From contig CBDBIU010000004.1 of NCBI GenBank assembly GCA_965206025.1, positions 1,543,342-1,607,341 of the forward strand: DNA of 64,000 nucleotides, in the 5' to 3' direction. Source of the stretch: Bryobacterales bacterium (GTDB lineage: Bacteria > Acidobacteriota > Terriglobia > Bryobacterales > UBA6623). The notes beneath the pieces were generated by a model. It was given only the letters and a program-made list of their open reading frames with translations, was not told the DNA's origin and did no database searches. Made by a program: the position numbers and the translations under genes. Positions within the stretch are counted from its first letter, which is position 1. Each line of letters opens with the position of its first letter. This document shows, piece by piece, positions 10,949 through 21,052 of this stretch.

Positions 10949-11011
10949 ATGCGGTTAATGCTCCATCACCGGCATAGCCACCGCCATCATGGCGGTCGTG
11001 TGCGCCGGTAG
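10949..11011 (+). CDS. hisL: His operon leader peptide [20 protein letters not shown]
   Basis: 20 codons with 6 His codons in a 9-codon stretch, located between the promoter and a terminator hairpin; too short for the ORF track. Confidence 0.85.
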   Translation: MRLMLHHRHSHRHHGGRVRR

Positions 11012-11049
11012 GGGATCACAGCAACAGTACGCAGCAGTTTCCGAATCCC

Positions 11050-11086
11050 AACCCGCCGGCGAGAGCGCTGGGCGGGTTTTTTCTTT
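11050..11086 (+). terminator. Attenuator intrinsic terminator
   Basis: AACCCGCC-ggcg-agag-cgctg-GGCGGGTT stem followed by TTTTCTTT; its 5' arm (CCGGCG 11056-61) can instead pair with CGCCGG 11003-08. Confidence 0.85.
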
Positions 11087-11096
11087 GGGCACAACT

Positions 11097-11480
11097 ATGA
11101 AACTCGACTTCACCAAACTCGACGGCCTGGCGCCTGCGGTCATTCAAGACGTGGATGACGGCCGCGTGCTCATGGTCGGCTTTATGAATGAAGAGTCGTT
11201 TCGAAAGACTTGCGAAACCGGGAGGGTGACGTTCTTCAGCCGTTCCCGCAACGAACTTTGGACGAAAGGCGGCACGTCGGGCCACTACCTGCTGGTGAAA
11301 GAGATCCAGGTGGACTGCGACGAAGATACGCTGCTGATCAAGGCCGAGTCCCTGGGTCCGGGCGTTTGCCATAATGGGTTCCGAAGTTGCTTCTACCGCC
11401 GTCTGAACAACGACGAATGGGAGCAATTTGAGGATCGCGCCTACGACCCGGACAGGGTCTACAAGGCGGAAACCCGGTAG
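11097..11480 (+). CDS. hisI: Phosphoribosyl-AMP cyclohydrolase (monofunctional)
   Basis: [29 protein letters not shown]; 127 aa with no HisE domain. Confidence 0.95.
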   Translation: MKLDFTKLDGLAPAVIQDVDDGRVLMVGFMNEESFRKTCETGRVTFFSRSRNELWTKGGTSGHYLLVKEIQVDCDEDTLLIKAESLGPGVCHNGFRSCFYRRLNNDEWEQFEDRAYDPDRVYKAETR

Positions 11481-11486
11481 TTCCCG

Positions 11487-12740
11487 ATGCTCGAAATCAC
11501 CTCCAGTACTGACAAGGCGGCCCTGAACCGGCTCTTCACTCGCCGCCGGCGGCGGCTTGGGCGCGCCGAGGCGGTCGTGGGCCCGATTCTGGAGGCGGTC
11601 CGCAAACGCGGTGACCGCGCGCTTCTCCGATACGCTCGGCAGATGGATGGCCTTACCGCGCGCGGTGTTCGCGTGCCGCCGGAGGTCTTGCGGCGGGCGG
11701 CTGCTGGTCTGCCGAAGGATTTCCGCGGGGCGCTGGTCACAGCCCGCCGGCAAATACGCCGCTACGCCGAGCTTCAGATGCCTCGCTCATGGACGAAGCG
11801 GGCGCTCCCTGGCGTGAAGCTGGGCCAACTCGTGCGGCCCATCGAGTCGGTTGCGGCCTACGTGCCGGGAGGCCGATATCCCCTGCCCTCGACCTTGATG
11901 ATGACGGTCGTGCCGGCTCAGGTGGTCGGGGTGAAAGTCATTTCCGCCGCCTCGCCCCAGCCGACGAACGAAACGTTGGGCGCGGCGGGCTTGCTCGGGG
12001 TCGAAAACTTTTTCCACATGGGAGGCGCGCAGGCGATTGCCGCCTTCGCCTTCGGGACCGAGACTGTGCCCCGCGCGCAGCGCATTGTCGGTCCCGGAAA
12101 CATCTACGTCGCGGCAGCAAAAAAGTTGCTCGCCGGGGATGTCGGCATCGATTTCGTCGCCGGGCCGACTGAGATCGTTCTCATCGCGCCCGACGGCGAC
12201 CCCCGCCTTCTGGCGGCCGACATGCTGGCGCAGGCCGAGCACGACGCCGATGCCTCGGCAATCTTGCTGACCCGCTCCAAGCGGCTGGCCGGAAGGGTCG
12301 CGGCCGAGATCAACAGGCAGCTTTCTACCTTGCCCACCCGGGCGACGGCCGCGAAGTCGATCGCCAAGAACGGCGCCATCGTGGTAACGCGAAGTATCGA
12401 TGAAGCTTTCGAAATAGCGAACCGCTTCGCCCCGGAACACCTTTGGATTCCAGAGGAATCGCTCCTCTCGAAGGTCCAAAACGCCGGCAGCGTGTTTGTC
12501 GGCGCTTGGAGTCCGGAAGCAGCGGGCGACTACGCCTCGGGACCGAACCACGTCCTGCCAACGGGCGGGGCAGCCGCGCTGCGCGGGGGGTTGTCGGTGT
12601 TCGACTACTTGAAGATTATCTCCGTGCAGCAGCTTGAGGCGGCAGGTTTGCGGCGGCTGGCGCCTTCGATTTTGACGCTGGCCCGCGCGGAAGGCCTCGA
12701 GGCCCACGCCCGCTCGATCGAGGTGCGGCTCCATGCCTAA
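11487..12740 (+). CDS. hisD: Histidinol dehydrogenase
   Basis: YVPGG, GPGN.YV..AK, AGPTE, DMLAQAEHD, APEHL, DYASGPNHVLPT. Confidence 0.97.
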   Translation: MLEITSSTDKAALNRLFTRRRRRLGRAEAVVGPILEAVRKRGDRALLRYARQMDGLTARGVRVPPEVLRRAAAGLPKDFRGALVTARRQIRRYAELQMPRSWTKRALPGVKLGQLVRPIESVAAYVPGGRYPLPSTLMMTVVPAQVVGVKVISAASPQPTNETLGAAGLLGVENFFHMGGAQAIAAFAFGTETVPRAQRIVGPGNIYVAAAKKLLAGDVGIDFVAGPTEIVLIAPDGDPRLLAADMLAQAEHDADASAILLTRSKRLAGRVAAEINRQLSTLPTRATAAKSIAKNGAIVVTRSIDEAFEIANRFAPEHLWIPEESLLSKVQNAGSVFVGAWSPEAAGDYASGPNHVLPTGGAAALRGGLSVFDYLKIISVQQLEAAGLRRLAPSILTLARAEGLEAHARSIEVRLHA

Positions 12741-13800
12741 AACGGCGTCCATTCGACGGCCTCGACCTCGTCGCGCGGTTCGACGGATGAAGCCCTACTC
12801 TCCACCGACCAGCGACCGCTACGGCAAGGTGCGCCTGGACTTCAACGAAAACACGGTGGGCTGCTCTCCCCGTGTCGCTCGGGTGCTTAAGAGCCGCGTA
12901 GGACGCGACTTTTTGGCGGTCTACCCGGAATACGAGAAGGCTCGGGAAAAGATGGCCGAATTCTTCGGCGTCAACTCGGACCGTATCTTGTTTACCAATG
13001 GGACCGACGAGGCGATTCACCTGCTGGCGAGCACGTATGTCGATGACGGCGGCGAAGTTGTGATTCCCTCGCCGACCTATGCCATGTTCCGCTTCTATGC
13101 GGAGCTCGCCGGGGCGGCGCTGCGGCTCATCCCCTATCACGAGGATCTGGCCTTCCCACTCGAAGAAATGCTTTCCGCCATCACGGCAAAGACGAGGCTG
13201 GTGCTGGTCGCCAACCCGAACAACCCTACGGCGGGGGCGATTCGCTTGAAGGAGATCGAAGCCATATTGCGCCGCGCTCGCAACGCCGCTGTGTTGATTG
13301 ACGAGGCGTATCACGAGTTCTGCGGCATTACGGCTCTCAAGCGGCTGTCGCGGTTCCCCAACCTTTTTGTGAGCCGAACATTCTCGAAGGTGTACGGGCT
13401 AGCCGGTTTGCGGATGGGCTGCCTCTTCTCGCAGGCCGAAAATATTCAATCGGTGCGCAAGGGCCAGTCGCCCTACAGTGCTAACTCGGTCGGCGTGATG
13501 TGCGCTCTGGAGGCCATCAAAGACCAGGACTACATACGTTCCTATGTCGAAGAAACATTGGAGGCCCGGGAGATGTTGTGCCGGGGGTTCGATCGGCTGG
13601 GGATTCACTACTACCCGAGTCAGGCGAACTTCGTCCTGGTGAAATTCGGGAAGAGGGCCGCGGAAGTCTGCGGCTATTTGCGGGATAAGGGTTTACTCAC
13701 TCGCGACCGCAGCCACGAAATTCCCGGGACGGTGCGCATCACCGCCGGCAAGAAATCGCAGGCCCGGAAGCTGCTGGCTTGCCTGCGAGAGGTGCTCTAG
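12733..13800 (+). CDS. hisC: Histidinol-phosphate aminotransferase
   Basis: LDFNEN, NGTDEAI, NPNNPT, IDEAY.EF, RTFSK.YGLAGLR.G. Confidence 0.95.
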   Translation: MPKTASIRRPRPRRAVRRMKPYSPPTSDRYGKVRLDFNENTVGCSPRVARVLKSRVGRDFLAVYPEYEKAREKMAEFFGVNSDRILFTNGTDEAIHLLASTYVDDGGEVVIPSPTYAMFRFYAELAGAALRLIPYHEDLAFPLEEMLSAITAKTRLVLVANPNNPTAGAIRLKEIEAILRRARNAAVLIDEAYHEFCGITALKRLSRFPNLFVSRTFSKVYGLAGLRMGCLFSQAENIQSVRKGQSPYSANSVGVMCALEAIKDQDYIRSYVEETLEAREMLCRGFDRLGIHYYPSQANFVLVKFGKRAAEVCGYLRDKGLLTRDRSHEIPGTVRITAGKKSQARKLLACLREVL

Positions 13801-13815
13801 CCTGGACTTCTTCCG

Positions 13816-13975
13816 GCCGAGCGAATCGGAGCCGCGAACGCAAGTGAGCGGTCAGCGGCCCAATATGTCGTTACGGATAGTTGACCTGTCACTGACGTTC
13901 CAGGCTCAGTTGCCTGCTCTCGCGGACCCGCGCGACGAGCGAGACAGAGCCTCCAGTGCAAGCAAGCGGTCCCCG
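13816..13975. repeat. REP-like pair in the hisC-hisB spacer
   Basis: GCCGAGCGAATCGGAGCCGCGAACGCAAGTGAGCGG (13816-13851) and a degenerate ACAGAGCCTCCAGTGCAAGCAAGCGG near 13945. Confidence 0.65.
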
Positions 13976-14055
13976 GCCTGCCTGACTGAGCGGCGCGGCG
14001 GGAAGTGGATCACCAGCTTATGTAGCGGCCTTTGATCCGCCAGTCTGGAAACGCG

Positions 14056-14652
14056 ATGAGAAAAGCGACCGTCGAGCGCACTACGAAAGAGACGCGAATC
14101 CGCGCCCGGCTCGCGATCGAGGGCAAGGGACGCTACGAGGTGTCCACCGGCATTCGTTTCTTCGATCATATGCTGGAGTTGTTTGCCAAACACGGCGGAT
14201 TCGACCTGACGATCCAAGCCGAAGGGGATCTGGACGTCGATCAGCACCACACCGTGGAAGACGTAGGAATCGTGCTGGGACAGTGTTTTTCCCAAGCCCT
14301 GGGCAAGCGCGTCGGCATCAACCGGGCCGGCTATTTCGTCATGCCCATGGATGAATCGTTGGCTGTCGTGGCCGTCGACCTCGGGGGCCGTCCGGCGCTG
14401 GTCTACCACGCGCCGACGCGCTTTCGAATGGTAGGCGATTTACAAGTCGAGCTGCTGCACGATTTCTTCGATGGCTTCGTGCACCACTGCGGAGCAAATC
14501 TCCACGCCCGCTTGTTGTATGGCCGCTCGAACCACCACAAGATCGAAGCGATCTTCAAGTGTTTCGCACGGGCGATGCGATATGCGTGCTCGAAAGACGC
14601 ACGACTGAAGAATCAACTGCCCAGCACCAAAGGTTTGCTGGAGGGAACGTGA
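14056..14652 (+). CDS. hisB: Imidazoleglycerol-phosphate dehydratase (monofunctional)
   Basis: [34 protein letters not shown]; start taken at ATG 14056. Confidence 0.97.
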   Translation: MRKATVERTTKETRIRARLAIEGKGRYEVSTGIRFFDHMLELFAKHGGFDLTIQAEGDLDVDQHHTVEDVGIVLGQCFSQALGKRVGINRAGYFVMPMDESLAVVAVDLGGRPALVYHAPTRFRMVGDLQVELLHDFFDGFVHHCGANLHARLLYGRSNHHKIEAIFKCFARAMRYACSKDARLKNQLPSTKGLLEGT

Positions 14653-14698
14653 AGCACGCCGGGGTTAGAGACAAGATGAACCGCACCGCGAAGGCCGT

Positions 14699-15301
14699 AT
14701 GATTGCCATTTTTGACTACGGCGCCGGGAACCTGCGTTCGGTAGAGAATACCTTGGCTGCCATCGGCACGCGCTATGAACTGGTTCGCGACGCCGAGGGT
14801 TTGGGGCGGGCCGAGAAGATCATCCTTCCGGGTGTGGGGCACTTCGGGCAACTGATCCGTTCGCTGGATTCATTAGGCGTCCGGGAGACATTTCGGGAGC
14901 GGATCGCGGCGGGCGTCCCCTTCCTGGGCATCTGTCTCGGCTTGCAGGCGCTGTTTGAGAGCAGCGAAGAGGCCCCGGAACTGGCCGGCTTGGGCGTCTA
15001 CCCGGGCACGATTCGTCGCTTTCCGGCGGGGACGCGGGTGCCCCATATGGGCTGGAACACCCTAGAGTTGCAGGGTCGGCCGCGCCTGTTCAAAGGCCTT
15101 TCGAGCGACCCTTATGTTTATTTCGCCCACAGCTACTACGTGCCGGATACCGTTGCCGGGGAGCGTGCGGCGGCCTGGTGTGAATACGGAGTAAGATACG
15201 CCGCCGCGCTGGAAGCCGATAACGTTTTCGGGGTGCAGTTCCATCCGGAAAAATCAAGCGCGATCGGCCGGCAAGTTGTTCGGAACTTCCTAGAGTGCTA
15301 G
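14699..15301 (+). CDS. hisH: Imidazole glycerol phosphate synthase glutaminase subunit
   Basis: DYGAGNL.SV, LPGVG.F, GICLGLQ, PHMGWN, YFAHSY, QFHPEKS. Confidence 0.97.
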   Translation: MIAIFDYGAGNLRSVENTLAAIGTRYELVRDAEGLGRAEKIILPGVGHFGQLIRSLDSLGVRETFRERIAAGVPFLGICLGLQALFESSEEAPELAGLGVYPGTIRRFPAGTRVPHMGWNTLELQGRPRLFKGLSSDPYVYFAHSYYVPDTVAGERAAAWCEYGVRYAAALEADNVFGVQFHPEKSSAIGRQVVRNFLEC

Positions 15302-16074
15302 CCAAGAGAATCATCCCGTGTCTTGATGTCACCGAAGGCCGCGTCGTCAAAGGCGTCAACTTCGTCAACCTGCGCGACGCCGGCGATCCCGTCGAGCTGG
15401 CCGAGGCGTACAACCGGGATGGCGCGGACGAGCTGGTCTTCTTGGACATCACTGCCTCGAGTGATCGCCGGGATACGATGGTCGATGTTGTCGAGCGGAC
15501 CGCCCGGAAGGTTTTCATTCCGTTGACCGTAGGCGGTGGTATTCGCGCGGTGCCCGACGCTCGAAAGCTGCTCGTCGTAGGCGCCGACAAAGTGTCGGTT
15601 AACACCGCCGCCGTGGAACGTCCCGAGCTAATTACCGAACTTTCGGAGGAATTCGGCTCGCAGGCCGTTGTGTTGGCGATCGACGCCCGCCGCGGTTCGC
15701 CGGGCAAGTGGAACGTTTTCACCTACGGAGGCCGCAAGGACACCGGTCTGGATGCGATCGAGTGGGCCAAGCGCGGCGAGTCGCTGGGAGCCGGCGAGAT
15801 CCTGCTCACCTCGATGGACTGCGACGGTACGCAGTCCGGTTTCGATTGCGAGTTGACCCGACAGATTTCGCGCAACACGAACATCCCCATTATCGCGAGC
15901 GGAGGGGGCGGCCAACCCGAAGATTTTGTGGAGGTGCTGACCGACGGGAAGGCTGATGCGGCATTGGCCGCCTCGATTTTCCACTACGGCACATATATCG
16001 TTAACGGCCTCAAAGGGATTCTCGACGAGCACGGCATTCCGGTGCGGATTGCCCCAGCCTCGCAGACGGACTGA
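15295..16074 (+). CDS. hisF: Imidazole glycerol phosphate synthase cyclase subunit
   Basis: [53 protein letters not shown]. Confidence 0.98.
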   Translation: MLAKRIIPCLDVTEGRVVKGVNFVNLRDAGDPVELAEAYNRDGADELVFLDITASSDRRDTMVDVVERTARKVFIPLTVGGGIRAVPDARKLLVVGADKVSVNTAAVERPELITELSEEFGSQAVVLAIDARRGSPGKWNVFTYGGRKDTGLDAIEWAKRGESLGAGEILLTSMDCDGTQSGFDCELTRQISRNTNIPIIASGGGGQPEDFVEVLTDGKADAALAASIFHYGTYIVNGLKGILDEHGIPVRIAPASQTD

Positions 16075-16103
16075 TCGGTTTCCCGCCGGCGTAGGAATAT
16101 CTC

Positions 16104-16592
16104 GTGCCCCATCTTTTTTACCACCTCGACTTCACGGTCTCGGTCTTCGTCGTTTATCGAGATAAGGTTCTGCTGGCCGATCACATTCAGCTGGACAAAT
16201 GGTTGCCTTTGGGAGGGCACATCGAGCCCGGGGAGGACCCCGAACAAGCAGCGCTACGCGAAGTGCGGGAGGAGAGCGGGCTCCGAATCGAGCTTTGCGG
16301 CGACCGCCCGCCGCGGGAATTTCCCGGGACTAGGACGCTGGTGGCGCCGGTCTTCCTGGACGTTCACGACATTTCCGGCGAGCATCGCCACATCGGCATG
16401 ATTTACTACGCGCGGGCCGCAAGCGACGACACGGTCCTTTCCGTTCAAGAGCATCGTCAGATCCGGTGGTTCGACGCCGAGGAGCTTAAGAATCCAAAAT
16501 GGAAGATCCCGGACGCGATCCAGTTCTACGCGGGAGACGCCATCCGCCGCTTGCGGCCCGTGGAACATGTCCCCAACAGGCCAACAGAGTAG
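16104..16592 (+). CDS. Nudix hydrolase embedded in the his operon
   Basis: Canonical Nudix box GGHIEPGEDPEQAALREVREESGL. Confidence 0.92.
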   Translation: MPHLFYHLDFTVSVFVVYRDKVLLADHIQLDKWLPLGGHIEPGEDPEQAALREVREESGLRIELCGDRPPREFPGTRTLVAPVFLDVHDISGEHRHIGMIYYARAASDDTVLSVQEHRQIRWFDAEELKNPKWKIPDAIQFYAGDAIRRLRPVEHVPNRPTE

Positions 16593-16665
16593 TCGACGTG
16601 GGAGCAGGCGCGAGCGAGCCAATATGCGACGGCCTTTGGGGTCACATCCCGGCGAGGGAAAACCT

Positions 16666-17388
16666 ATGATCATCCCCTGTATAGACCTGATGGGAGGCAA
16701 AGTCGTCCAGCTCGTCCAGGGCCGGGAAAAGGCTCTGGAGGGGGACGAACCGCTGGTGATGCTCGCAAAGTTCTCCGGCTTCCCGGTGATTCAAGTCATC
16801 GATTTGGACGCCGCCATGGACCAAGGTTCAAACGACGCCGTGGTCCGGGAGCTGGTTTCGCGGGCCCAGACGCGCGTGGGTGGTGGCGTGCGTACGGTCG
16901 AACGCGCGCGGCGCTTGGTTGAGGCTGGGGCATCGAGGGTAATCGTCGGCACGGCGGCCTTTGGCTCCGAGGGTGTCAACGAGCCCCTGCTTCAGCAATT
17001 CGGGACGTCGATCGGAGCTGAGCGGGTTATCGTGGCGCTCGACTCCAGAGACGGTCGCATTGTCGTCAGAGGCTGGCGGCAGTCGACCAAGCTTTCGGCG
17101 GAAGAGATGATTCACGGGTTGGAGCCCTACTGCGGAGGGTTTTTGTGCACCTATGTCGACAAGGAAGGGATGTTGGAAGGCACGGACCTGGATTGGTTTC
17201 GCCGTCTGCGCGCGGCTACGGACCACGAAATCACCGCCGCGGGTGGAATCACTACCTTGGAAGAAGTCCGCGAGCTTGCCCGGCTCAATATCCACGCAGC
17301 GCTGGGCATGGCCATCTACACCGGCAGACTCGATTTGGCCGCGCTGGCAACGATCCAAAGGGATCTGGGCGGCCCGCCACCCGAGTGA
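16666..17388 (+). CDS. hisA: ProFAR isomerase
   Basis: MIIPCIDL.GGKVVQL.QG, VIDLDAA, VGGGVR, TYVDKEGM..G, AAGGIT; start ATG 16666. Confidence 0.93.
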   Translation: MIIPCIDLMGGKVVQLVQGREKALEGDEPLVMLAKFSGFPVIQVIDLDAAMDQGSNDAVVRELVSRAQTRVGGGVRTVERARRLVEAGASRVIVGTAAFGSEGVNEPLLQQFGTSIGAERVIVALDSRDGRIVVRGWRQSTKLSAEEMIHGLEPYCGGFLCTYVDKEGMLEGTDLDWFRRLRAATDHEITAAGGITTLEEVRELARLNIHAALGMAIYTGRLDLAALATIQRDLGGPPPE

Positions 17389-18786
17389 CGACCGGCGAAT
17401 AGGTCGCGCCCGGACGCGGCAAACCCTCGCCTGGTCGAGGTTTTCGAAGCAATCGCTCATTCGGGAGTCCAAGCTGCGATATCCTCTGGTAGAGCCCCGT
17501 CCGGCTCCGCCGTGAATGATTTCGATCCGTCGGCACCCGCAAACTCGCCACACGGCCTGAGGGCAGTTGCCATGATTTCTGTCGAGCCTCCTCATTTGAG
17601 CGATCATGATCTGCGTCTTTTGGCGGAAGGCGCCCACTACCGAAGTTTTTGGAAACTCGGCGCGCACCTATCGGAACTAAACGGCAAACTAGGCGCCCGG
17701 TTCGCGGTTTGGGCGCCCGGTGCGAAACGAGTTTCGGTTTTCGGCGATTTCAACGGCTGGAATCGCGGTTCCGACCGCATGAAACTGCGCGCCGAAGCCG
17801 GCGTCTGGGAGCTTTTTGTGCCCGATGTCGGACAGGGCGACCTTTACAAGTTCCGTGTCCTTTCCCGGTTCGACGGTCATCGGGCCGACAAGAGCGATCC
17901 CTGCGCTTTCGCCAGTGAGACGTCGCCCCAAGCAGCGTCGAAGGTGTGGGATCTCACCGGCTACCAGTGGGGCGATGAAGACTGGATGAGCATCCGGCGG
18001 CTGCACAATTCCCCTCGATCCGCGATTTCGATCTATGAAGTGCAGCTAGGCTCTTGGATGCGCGTCCCCGAGGAAGACAACAGGTCGTTGAGCTACCGCG
18101 AGATCGCCCCGAAATTGGCGGACTACGTCGAGACGATGGGGTTCACCCATGTCGAACTGCTGCCTGTCAGCGAACATCCGCTCGACGCTCCTTGGGGCTA
18201 CCCGACCACAAGTTACTTCGCCCCGACCTCTCGCTTTGGGACGCCGCAGGATTTCATGTATTTGATCGACACGCTGCATCGCCGCGGAATCGGTGTGATT
18301 CTCGACTGGGCGCCCGCCCACTTCCCCGACGACGAGCAAGGGCTGAGGTTTTTCGACGGTACGCACCTTTACGAACACCCCGATCCGCGCCCCGGGACGG
18401 CGACCGAACCGGAAGAGCGGGTTTTCAACTACGGCCGGCGTGAAGTCAGCAATTTCCTTATCAGCAACGCTCTTTTCTGGTGCGACAAATACCACGTGGA
18501 TGGTCTGCGGGTGGACGCCGTGGCGGCGATACTCTACTTCGACCGCGGCCTCGGGGGTGATGGCGAGACGCCGAGCCGACGCGGCGGCAGGAAAAACATC
18601 GAGGGGATCGACTTTCTGCGGCGCTTCAACGAGGTGCTCCGCGCGGAGTACCCCGACGTGATGACCATAGCCGAGGAGTCCTCCGCTTGGCCGATGGTTT
18701 CCCGGCCGACCTCTTCGGGAGGATTGGGCTTTGGGTTCAAGTGGAACATGGGCTGGATGAACGACATCTTGGCCTATATGTCAGAA

Positions 18787-20115
18787 CAGTGCTGTCCGGG
18801 GAAAGTTGCGCCAACGGACGGTAAGTCTCTACCGCTCAATGTCTTATGGCCTGTTTTGCCCGGGAACGATTTGAAATCACGAGGCCGCAAATGGCCGCCT
18901 GAGCGGAGCATCCCGACGCGGCACAATGGGGGATGAACCTTGGCCGTACGGTTTTCTCCCAACTGATCGAGCACCTGCCGAGCAAAGAGTTTCACAAATG
19001 TGTATGGCGCTACCGCGGCGATTCCTATCTGAAAAGTTTCTCCTGCTGGGATCAGTTTCTTTCGATGGCATTCGCCCAGCTGACCTATCGGGAAAGCCTC
19101 CGCGACATCGAGACGTGCCTGCGTTCGATGCACGGCAAACTCTACCATATGGGATTCGGCGGCAGGGTAGCGCGCTCGACACTGGCCGATGCGAACGAGT
19201 CGCGCGACTGGCGGATCTACGCGGACTTCGCGCAGGTCTTGATTGGCATGGCACGGCCGTTATATGCCCACGACCCGATCGGTGTGGACTTGGACCAGAC
19301 TCTGTACGCTCTCGACTCGACAACAATCGACCTCTGCCTGTCGCTGTTTCCGTGGGCCAGATTCCGCCAGCACAAGGCCGCCGTGAAGATGCACACGCTG
19401 CTGGATCTGCACGGCAATATTCCCACGTTTATCAGCATTACTGCAGGCAAAGTGCAGGACGTCAACATCCTGGATGAATTTCTTCCCGAGGCCGGCGCGT
19501 TCTACGTCATGGATCGGGGTTATGTCGATTTTCGGCGCCTCTTCGTGTTCACGCTCTGTTCGGCCTTCTTCGTGGTGCGAACCAAAAAGAACGTTTTGCT
19601 GCAGCGTCGCTACTCCCACCCGGTGGATAGGAGCACGGGCCTGCGATCCGATCACACCGTTATTTTGACCCCCTTCAACTCCGCCCAAGTGTACCCGGAC
19701 CCCCTACGGCGGGTGAGTTATTTCGATGCCGAAAGCAACAAGCGGTTGAAATTCCTGACCAATAACTTCACCCTGCCGGCACTGACCATCGCCCACATCT
19801 ACAAATCGCGCTGGCAGGTGGAACTCTTCTTCAAGTGGATCAAGCAACATCTGCGAATCAAGTCGTTTTACGGCACCAGCGAGAACGCCGTCAAGACGCA
19901 GATCTGGATCGCTGTCTCGATTTACGTGCTCATCGCCATGGTCCGGAAACGCCTCGGGCTGGAAGCGAGTCTCTACCAGATTCTACAGATTCTCAGCGTT
20001 ACGCTATTCGAAAAAATGCCCATTTTACAGGCACTCCAGCCATCCGACTCCCAAAACGGATCCCCCTATGACCCCAACCAATTGATTCTATTCGACTTTT
20101 AACCGGACAGCAGTG
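18787..20115 (+). mobile_element. IS4-family insertion sequence, 1329 bp
   Basis: TIRs CAGTGCTGTCCGG / CCGGACAGCAGTG; 9-bp TSD ATGTCAGAA at 18778-18786 and 20116-20124. Confidence 0.97.
18933..20102 (+). CDS. IS4-family transposase (DUF4372 + DDE_Tnp_1-like)
   Basis: F.QL...LP, SLRDIE, LDSTTIDL, MDRGY.D, Y..RWQVELFFKWIKQ. Confidence 0.93.
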   Translation: MNLGRTVFSQLIEHLPSKEFHKCVWRYRGDSYLKSFSCWDQFLSMAFAQLTYRESLRDIETCLRSMHGKLYHMGFGGRVARSTLADANESRDWRIYADFAQVLIGMARPLYAHDPIGVDLDQTLYALDSTTIDLCLSLFPWARFRQHKAAVKMHTLLDLHGNIPTFISITAGKVQDVNILDEFLPEAGAFYVMDRGYVDFRRLFVFTLCSAFFVVRTKKNVLLQRRYSHPVDRSTGLRSDHTVILTPFNSAQVYPDPLRRVSYFDAESNKRLKFLTNNFTLPALTIAHIYKSRWQVELFFKWIKQHLRIKSFYGTSENAVKTQIWIAVSIYVLIAMVRKRLGLEASLYQILQILSVTLFEKMPILQALQPSDSQNGSPYDPNQLILFDF

Positions 20116-21052
20116 ATGTCAGAAGACCCTACCGGCCGCCAGCAACACCATGACAAGGTCACCTTCAGCATGCTTTACGCCCTGAGCGAGAACTTTGTTC
20201 TACCTCTGCCCCACCATGGGGTCGTCGATGGCAAAGGTTCGCTCATCGCCAAGATGCCCGGCGACGATGGACAGAAACTCGCCAACCTGAGGCTTCTCTA
20301 TGGGTATATGTACGGCCACAGCGGGAAGAAGCTCTTGTTCATGGGAGGTGAGTTCGGCCAGCGATCGGAATGGAGCTGCGAGGACTGTCTCGACTGGGCC
20401 GCGCTCGACGACAAGGCGCATGAAGGCCTGCAGCGCTGGGTCCGCGATCTAAACACTTTTTATCGCGGCCAACCCGCGCTTTTCGAGCGCGACTTCGAGC
20501 AGGATGGGTTCGAGTGGATCGATTGCCACGATCGCCAATCGGGCGTGCTGAGTCTCCTGCGGCGAGGCAAGGACGCTAAGGACCCCATTGTCTTTGTCTG
20601 CAATTTTACGCCTGCGTCTCGCTACTACTACCGGGTCGGAGTTCCCTTTGGCGGATACTGGCAAGAAGTGCTCAACAGTGACTCCTCCGCCTACGGCGGA
20701 AGCAACCAGGGCAATGCCGGCGGGATAGCGGCGGCTGACGAGCCGGTCCACGGGCGCCCTTGTTCGCTGAGTATCACGCTACCACCGTGGGCCGTCGTGG
20801 TCTTCCGGCGGGTGCCCTGATGGCTCGGTGGCGGGCTTGGCCGCCGTTTGAGATATTGGGGGGCGCCGTTGATCGCGCCCGCTTGCCGACAAAACTGTGC
20901 GCTGGGCGATGTTCACAAACTGTTGCCGCGAGCCGCCGTCGCCAGCCTTGCGCCTCATCCACCGCGGGCCGCGGCGAGAAATGCGGCCTTCTGGCTGGAC
21001 GCGTTTTTCGACATGTTAGACTGATGGTCGAATTCCGCCGTCGCTCACCCCA

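Larger units (their letters stand above)
17512..20820 (+). pseudogene. glgB: 1,4-alpha-glucan branching enzyme (GH13), split by an IS4 element
   Basis: FAVWAP, GFTHVELLP, DGLRVDAV, IAEES, WNMGWMND, then the IS, then GKKLLFMGGEFGQ etc.; removing the IS and one TSD rejoins the halves in frame (about 656 aa). Confidence 0.95.
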
